64,000 bases of DNA from the NCBI RefSeq assembly GCF_009914755.1, contig NC_060926.1. The stretch is one strand, 5' to 3'. The position numbers were made by a program, and so were the translations under genes. The notes beneath the pieces are model-generated. The model searched no databases. It saw nothing but the letters and a program-made list of their open reading frames with translations, and had not been told where the DNA came from. Source of the stretch: the human T2T-CHM13v2.0 reference genome, Homo sapiens. Below are positions 56,331-64,000 of this stretch, piece by piece (within the stretch, counting starts at the first letter, position 1; every line of letters begins with the position of its first letter).

Positions 56331-59300
56331 CACGGGATAATGAGATGGCCAGAAATTGTGTTAGGCTCAAGCAATACAAAGATGTATAAAGTACAGGCCT
56401 ATTCTCAGTGAATAGGGTTCTTTATTTAATTTTTTTATTTCTTCTTAAACAAAAAATGGATACTAGGCAGAACGTGCATTTGTATACACACGGGCAAACA
56501 TGAGCCATGGTGGTTTGCTGCACCTACTGGCCTGTCCTTTAAGTTCCCTCCCCTCACCCCTACCCCTAGTAGGCCCTGGTGTGTGTTTTTCCCCTGTGTC
56601 CATGTGTTCTCATTGCTCGACTCCCACTTATGAGTGAAAACATGTGGTGTTTGTTTTTCTGTCCCTGTGTTAGTTTGCTGAGGATGATGGTTTCCAGCTT
56701 TCATCCATGTCCCTGCAAAGGACATGAGCTCATTCAATTTTATGGCTGCATAGTGTATATGTACCACATTTTCTTTATCCAGTCTATCATTGATGGGCAT
56801 TTAGGTTGGTTCCATGTGTTTGCTATTGTAAAGAGTGCTGCAATAAATGTATGTGTGCATGTGTCTTCACAGAAGAATGATTTATATTCCTTTGGTTATA
56901 TACTCAAGTAATGGGGTTACTGGGTTAAATAATATTTCTAGTTCCAGATTACTGAGGAAACGCCACACTGTTTTTCACAATGGTTTAATTTACATTCCCA
57001 CCAGCAGCGTAAAAGTGTTCCTATTTCTCCAAAGCCTCGCCAGTATCTATTGTTTCTTGACTTTTTAATAATTGTCATTCTAACTGGCATGAGATGGTAT
57101 CTCATTGTGGTTTTGATTTTCATTTCTCTGATGATCAGAGATGTTGAGCTTTTTTTTCATGTTTGGTGGACTTGTAAATGTCTTCTTTTGAGAAGTGTCT
57201 GTTCATACCCTTTGCCCACTTTTTGATGGAGTTGTTTGGTTTTTTTGTAATTTAAGTTCCTTGTAAATTTTGCATATTAGACCTTTGTCAGATGGGTAGA
57301 TTGTAAAATTTTTTTTCCCATTCTGTAGATTGCTTGTTCACTCTGAAGATAGTTTCTTTTGCTGTGCAGAAGCACTTTAATTTAATTAAATCCCATTTGT
57401 CAACTTTGCCTTTTGTTGCAATTGCTTTTGGCGTTTTTGTCATGAAGTCTTTGCCCATGTCTATGCCCTGAATGGAATTGCCTAGGTTTTCTTCTAGAAT
57501 TTTTACAGTTTGGGGTTTTACATTTAAGTTTTCAATCCATCTTGAGGTAATTTCTGTATAAGGTATAAGGAAGGGGTCCAGTTTCTGTTTTCTGCATGTG
57601 GCTAGCCAGTTTTCCCAGCACCTTTTGTGGAAAAGGAGATCCTTTCCCCATTGCTTGTTTTTGTCAGGTTTGTCGAAGATCAGATGGCTGCAGATGTGTG
57701 GCATTATTTCTGAGGTCTCTGATCTGTTCCATTGGTCTATATGCCTGTTTTGATACAAGTACCATGCTGTTTTGGTTACTGTAGCCATGTAGTATAGTTT
57801 GAAGTCATGTAACGTGATGCCTCCAGCTTTGTTCTCTTTGTTCAGAATTGTCTTGGCCATACAAGGTCTTCTTTGATTCCAAATTAAATTTGAAGTAGTT
57901 TTTTCCAATTCTGTAAAGACTGTCAATGGTAGTTTTATGGGAATAGCATTGAATCTATAAGTTACTTTCAGCAGTATGTCCATTTTCATGATATTGTTTT
58001 TTCCTATCTGTGAGGATGGATTGTTTTTCCATTTGTTTGTGTCCTCTCTTATTTCCTTGAGCAGCGGTTTTTAGTTCTTTTTGAAGAGGTCCTTCACATC
58101 CCTTATTAGCTCTATTCCTAGATATTTTATTCTTTTTGTAGTGATTGTGAATGGCAGCTCATTCATGATTTGGCTCTCTGCTTGTCTTTTGTTGGTGTAA
58201 AGGAATGCTTGTGATTTTTGCACAGTGATTTTGTATACTGAGACTTTGCTGAATTTGCTTATCAGTTTAAGGAGTTTTTGGGCTGAGATGATGTGGCTTT
58301 CTAAATATAAAATCATGTCTTCTGCAAACATAGACAATTTGGCTTACTCTCTTCCTATTTGAATATGCTTTATTTCTTTCTCTTGCCTGATTGCCCTGGC
58401 CAGAACTTCCAATACTACATTGACTAGGAGTGGTGAGAGAGGGCATCCTTGTTTTGTACCGGTTTTCAAAGGGAATGCTTCCAGCTTTTACCCATTCAAT
58501 ATGATTTTGGCTGAGGGTTTGTCATAAATACCTCTTATTATTTTGAGATACATTCCTTCAATACCTAGTTTATTGAGAGTTTTTAACATGAAGGGATACT
58601 GAATTTTATCAAAGGTCTTTCTACATCTATTGAGATAATCATGTGGTTTATGTCTTTGGTTCTGTTTATGTGATGGATTACATTTATTAATCTGCATATG
58701 TTGAACCAGCCTTGCATCCCAGGGATGAAGCCAAATGACCATAGTGGATAAGGTTTTTAATGTGCTGCTGAATTCACTTTGCCAATATTTTATTGAGGAT
58801 ACTTGCATCAATGTTCGTCAGGGATATTGGCCTGAAGTTTTCTTTTTTTATTGTGTCTCTGCCAATTTTTGGTATGAGGATGATGCTGGCTTCATAAAAT
58901 GAGTTAGGGAGAGTCCCTTCTTTTCAAATGTTTGGAATAGTTTCAGAAGGAATGGTACCAGCTCCTCTTTGTACTTCTGATAGATTTCGGCTGTGAATGT
59001 GTCTGGTCCTTTGCTTTTTCCAGTTAGTAGGCTATTAATTACTGTCTCAATTTCAGAACTTGTTATTGGTCTATTCAGGGATTCAACTTCTTCCTGGTTT
59101 AGTCTTGGGAGGGTGTATGTGTCCAGGAATTTATTCATTTCTTCTCAATTTTCTAGCTTATTTGTGTAGAGGTGTTTACAGTATTCTCTGATGGTAGCTT
59201 GTATTTCTATAGGATCAGTGGTGATATCCCCTTTATAATTTGTTATTATGTCTATTTGATTTTTCTCTCATTTCGTCTTTATTAGTTTAGCTAGCAGTCT

Positions 59301-60666
59301 ATCTATTTTTTTTTGTTTGTTTTTTCAAAAAGCCAGGTTCTGCATTCATTGATTTTTTTGCGGGGTGTTTTCTGCCTCAATCTCCTTCAGTTCAGCTCTG
59401 ATTTTGGTTATTTCCTGTCTTTTGCTAGCTTTTGGATTAATTTGCTCTTGCCTCTCTATCTCTTTTTATTGTGATATTAGGGTTTCAGTTTGAGATGTTT
59501 CTAGCTTTCTGATGTGCTGTAAATTTCCCTCTTAACACTGCTTTAGTTGTGTTCCAGAGATTCTGGTATGTTGGTCTCTTTGTTCTCATTGGTTTGAAAG
59601 AACTTCTTGAATTCTGCCTTAATTTCATTATTTATCCAGAAGTTATTCAGGAGCAGGCTGTTCAATTTCCATGTAATTGTGTGGTTTTGAGTGAGTTTCT
59701 TAATCCCAAGTTCTAATTTCATTGCACTGTGATCTGAGAGACTGTTTTATATGACTTCGGTTATTTTGTATTTGCTGAGGAGTGTTTTACTTCCAATTAT
59801 GTGGTCAATTTTAGAATAAGTGCCATGTGGCACTGAGATGAATGTATATTCTGTTGTTCTGGGCTGCAGAGTTCTGTAGATGTCTATTAGGTCTACTTGA
59901 TCCAGAGATGAACTCACGTCCTGAATATCCTTGCTAATTTCCTGTCTCATTGTTCTAATATTGACAGTGGGGTGTTAAAGTCTCTCACTATTATTGTGTG
60001 GGAGTCTAAATCTCTTTGTAGGTCTCTAAGAACTTGTTTTATAAATCTGGGTACTCCCATATTGGGTGCATATATATTTAGAATAGTTAGCTCTTCTGGT
60101 TGAATTGTTCCCTTTACCATTATTTAATTCCCTTGTCTTTTTTGATCTTTGTTTGTTTAAAATCTGTTTTGTCAGAGACTAGCATTGCAACCTTTGCTTT
60201 TGTTTTGCCTTCCATTTGCTTGGTAAATTTTCCTCCAACCCTTTATTTTGAGCCTATGTGTGTCTTTGCACATGAGATGGGTGTCCTGAATACAGCACAC
60301 TGATGGGTCTTGAATCTTTAACAAATTTGCCAGTCTGTCTTTTAATTGGAGTATTTAGCTCATTCACATTTTAGTATTGTTATGTGTGAATTTGATCCTG
60401 TCATCATAATGCTATTTGTTTGTTTTGCAAACCACTTGATGCAGTTTCTTCACAGTGTCCTTGGTCTTTATATTTTGATGCGTTTTTAAAGTGCCTGGTA
60501 CTAGTTTTTTCTTTCTATATTTAGTGCTTATTTTAGGAGCTCTTGCAAGGTGGGCCTGGTGGTAACAAAATCCCTTAGCATTCGATCGTCTGGAAATTTT
60601 TTTTGTCTCCCCATCACTTATAAGGCTTAGTTTGGCTAGATGTGAAATTCCGCGATGAAAATTCTT

Positions 60667-61573
60667 TTCTTTTTTTTTAATTATTTTTTATTTTATTATT
60701 ATTATACCTTAAGTTTTAGGGTACATGTGCACAATGTGCAAGTTAGTTACATATGTATACATGTGCCATGCTGGTGTGCTGCACCCATTAACTCATCATT
60801 TAGCATTAGGTATATCTCCTAAAGCTATCCCTTCCCCCTCCCTCCACCCCACAACAGTCCCCAGAGTGTGATGTTCCCCTTCCTGTGTCCATGTGTTCTC
60901 ATTGTTCAATTCCCACCTATGAGTGAGAATATGCGGTGTTTGCTTTTTTGTTCTTGTGATAGTTTACTGAGAATGACGATTTCCAATTTCATCCATGTCC
61001 CTACAAAGGGACATCATTTTTTATGGCTGCATAGTATTCCGTGGTGTATATGTGCCACATTTTCTTAATCCAGTCTGTCATTGTTGGACACTTCGCTTGG
61101 TTCCAAGTCTTTGCTATTGTGAATAGTGCCGCAATAAACATAGGTGTGCATGTGTCTTTATAGCAGCATGATTTATAGTCCTTTGGGTATATACCCAGTA
61201 ATGGGATGGCTGGGTCAAATGGTATTTCTAGTTCTAGATCCCTGAGGAATCGCCACACTGACTTCCACAATGGTTGAACTAGTTTACAGTCCCACCAACA
61301 GTGTAAAATGTCCCTATTTCTCCACATCCTCTCCAGCACCTGTTGTTTCCTGACTTTTTAATGATTGCCATTCTAACTGGTGTGAGATGGTATCTCATTG
61401 TGGTTTTGATTTGCATTTCTCTGATAGCCAGTGATGATGAGCATTTTTTCATGTGTTTTTTGGCTGCATAAATGTCTTCTTTTGAGAAGTGTCTGTTCAT
61501 GTCCTTCGCCCACTTTTTGATGGGGTTGTTTGTTTTTTTCTTGTAAATTTGTTTGAGTTCATTGTAGATTCTG
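60667..61573 (-). mobile_element. Young 5'-truncated L1PA2/3 nested in ORF1 of the older L1
   Basis: gttagttac..gccatgctggtg..tttagcattagg diagnostics; host ORF1 ...gaaaattcttttcttt | ttctttaaaaatgttgaatattggcccc resumes after it. Confidence 0.93.
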
Positions 61574-63649
61574 TTTTTCTTTAAAAATGTTGAATATTGG
61601 CCCCCAATCTCTTCTGGCTTGTAGAGTTTCTGCCGAGAAATACACTGTTAGTCTAAAGGGCTTCCCTTTGTAGGTGACCTGACCTTTCTCCCTGGTTGCC
61701 CTTAACATTTTTTCCTTCATTTTGACCTTGGAGAATCTGATGCTTGTGTGTCTTGGGGTTGATCATCTCATGGAGTATCTTAGTAGTGTTCTCTGTATTT
61801 CCTGAATTTGAATGTTAGCCTGTCTTGCTAGGTTGGGGAAGCTCTCCTGGATAATATCCTGAAGTGTGTTTTCCAGTTTGTTTCCATTCTCCCTGTCTCC
61901 TTCAGGTACTCCAATCAATTGTAAGTTCAGTATTTTTAAGAAGTCCCATATTTCTTGGTGGCTTTCCTCATTCCTATTCATTCTTTTTTCTCTAGTCTTG
62001 TCTGCATGCCTTATTTCAGCAAGGTGGTCTCCAAACTCTGATATTCTTTCTTCTACTTAGTTGATTTGGCTATTGAATCTTGTTTATGCTTCACGAAGTT
62101 CTCGTGCTGTGTTTTTCAGCTCCATCAGGTCATTAATACTCCTCTGTAAACTGGTTAGTCTAGTTCGAGGCTCCTCTAACCTTTTATCAAGGTTCTTAAC
62201 TTCTTTGCATTGGGTTAGAACATGCTCCTCTAGCTCAGCATAGTTTTTTATTACCCATTTTCTGAAGCTTACTTCTGTCATTTCATCCATCTCATTCTTT
62301 GTCCAGTTGTGCACCCTTGCTGGAGAGAAGCTGTGATCATTTGGAGGAGAAGAGGCACTCTGGCCTTTTGGGTTTTCAGCATTTTTTCATTGATTCTTTC
62401 TCATCTTCATGAGTTTGTCTATTTTCGATCTTTGAGGCCGTTGACCCTTGGATGGGGTTTTTGTAGGGTCTTTTTGTGGTTGTTGTTGATGCTGTTGTTG
62501 TTGCTTTCTGTTTGTTTTTCTTTTAATGGTCAGGTCCCTCTTCTGTAGGGCTGCTGCAGTTTGCTGGGGGTTCACTTCGGGCCCTACTCATCTGGTTTGC
62601 TCCCGTGTCTAGAGATGTCACTCAAGGAGTCTGGACAATAGCAAAGCTGGGTGCCTGCTCTTTCTTCTGGGATCTCTGACCTCAAGGGGCACCAACCTGA
62701 TGCCAATAGGATTACTCCTGTATAGGGTGTCTTGAGAACCCCTGTTCGAGGGTCTCACCCAGTTGGGTGGCACAGAGAACAAGATCCATTTAATGAAGCA
62801 CTTTGTCCCTTGGTGGAGTGGGTGTGCTTTGCTGGGAGTAAACCCACTCATCTGGGCTACCCAGATTCCTCAGAACTACCAGGAGGAAAGGCTAAGTCTG
62901 CTGGTCTGCAGAGACTGTGGCCACCCTTCCCCCTAGGGGTTCAGGCCCAGGGAGATCCAGGTTCTGTCCCTGAGCCTTTGGCTGGAGTTATTGGAGTTCC
63001 TTCAGGGAAGCCCCACCCAGTGAAGAAGGGTGAGTCAGGGTCAGGCCTGAAGAGGCACTCTGGCTGCAGTCTGCCACAGCCATTGTGTTGGTTATGGGAG
63101 ACATGTCTTGGGACCAAGATGTCCAGCCTCCCTGGCTCCAGCAGGGGAAAAGTGCAGCCTGGAGCTATAGAGATGAATGCCATCCTTCCCTCGCCCAGGG
63201 AGCTTAGCGTGTTAGGCAGTTTGGAGTCCCAGGGCTGGCTGCTGCCCCTCTCACAAGTAGCTTAAATGGCTTAGACAGCAGGCTGCCACAGCTGTGGGGC
63301 TGGCTGCCCCTCCCCTTGGGAGCTCGGTAGGCTTAAGCAGATTCCAACTGAAAGGCTGTTGAGAATCTGCACAGCTCCTGGGTTGGGATGCTAGGCCCTG
63401 GTGGCGTGGTTTCACAAGTGGGATCTTCTGCTCTGTGGGTTGCACAGTTCCATGGAAAAAGCATGGTTTCCCTAGCTGGGTAGCACGCTCACTCACCACC
63501 TCCCTAGCTGGGGTGAGAAGACTCCCTTGCCCCATGTGGTTCTCAGGTGGGCCACTGCACCACACTGTCCTTTTTTCCTCTCCAAGGATCACACCAGCCT
63601 CCTAGTCAGTTCTGATGAGAGAATCTGGATACCTTAGTTGCTGGTGAAG

Positions 63650-63708
63650 GATTCACATGCTTATTATTATTCACATGCTTATTGTTATTATTCACAAGCT
63701 TATTATTA
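63650..63708 (+). repeat. Three-copy 18-21 bp tandem repeat in the L1 5'UTR
   Basis: ttcacatgcttattatta / ttcacatgcttattgttatta / ttcacaagcttattatta. Confidence 0.85.
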
Positions 63709-64000
63709 TGGTTCTTTTCAATGAGAGCCTCCAAACACTGCTCTTTCTAGATGGCTATCTTGGCCCCACCCCACCAAACATAGGTCTTTAATACCTAATT
63801 AAGGTCCAGGAGAAAATCATTATCTCCTTGGGTAAATAATAATACAGTCTATTTTAAAATTAAATAAAAATATTCAGTAGCCTGTGCCCAGAGTGAATGG
63901 AATAACTGCTATGGGAAGATGGATAAGGGTGAGTCAGGTCAGTTTCAAGGTCTTCATTGAAGAAGAATAGCAGCAACTGAGCATTGGCATCTCAGCCTCC

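Larger units (their letters stand above)
56420..63775 (-). mobile_element. Full-length degenerate L1PA8-10-like LINE (5'UTR about 62600-63775, ORF1, ORF2 remnants, 3'UTR)
   Basis: ORF2 fragments (57288-57989 [11 protein letters not shown]; 58071-58337 [11 protein letters not shown]; 58848-59138 [22 protein letters not shown]); ORF1 fragments 61763-62314; 5' end gctatcttggcccc; TSD-like ataggg ttcttta / ataggtcttta. Confidence 0.93.

Noticed and set aside
57288-62314. Functional L1 ORF1/ORF2
   Set aside because: Fragmented by many stops and frameshifts and by a nested L1; not retrotransposition-competent.
62732-63592. 177-aa and 113-aa ORFs in GC-richer DNA
   Set aside because: They lie in the L1 5'UTR, where GC richness lowers stop-codon frequency; no recognisable protein.

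Overview
AT-rich, repeat-dense primate genomic DNA. AluY and L1PA2/3-type elements point to a hominoid, probably human. No intact protein-coding gene, RNA gene or CRISPR array is supported. Much of the window is Alu, L1, L2, MIR, LTR and DNA-transposon fossils plus large micro/minisatellites. The main result is a decayed but apparently full-length piggyBac-derived gene of the PGBD1/PGBD2 clade at about 5313-8663 (+). It seems to keep a PGBD2-like split structure: a short exon encoding (M>I)ASASR with a phase-2 donor at 5378, an intron, and a large transposase exon from 6914 that ends in a degenerate Cys-rich domain. It looks like a dead domesticated third paralog rather than a free transposon or a retrocopy. 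The second theme is a cluster of local templated duplications and inversions (45-300 bp, about 88-93% identical) plus a serial snap-back hairpin scar. Protein and repeat-family comparisons come from memory of human PGBD1/PGBD2 and repeat consensi, not from database searches. Repeat boundaries are approximate.
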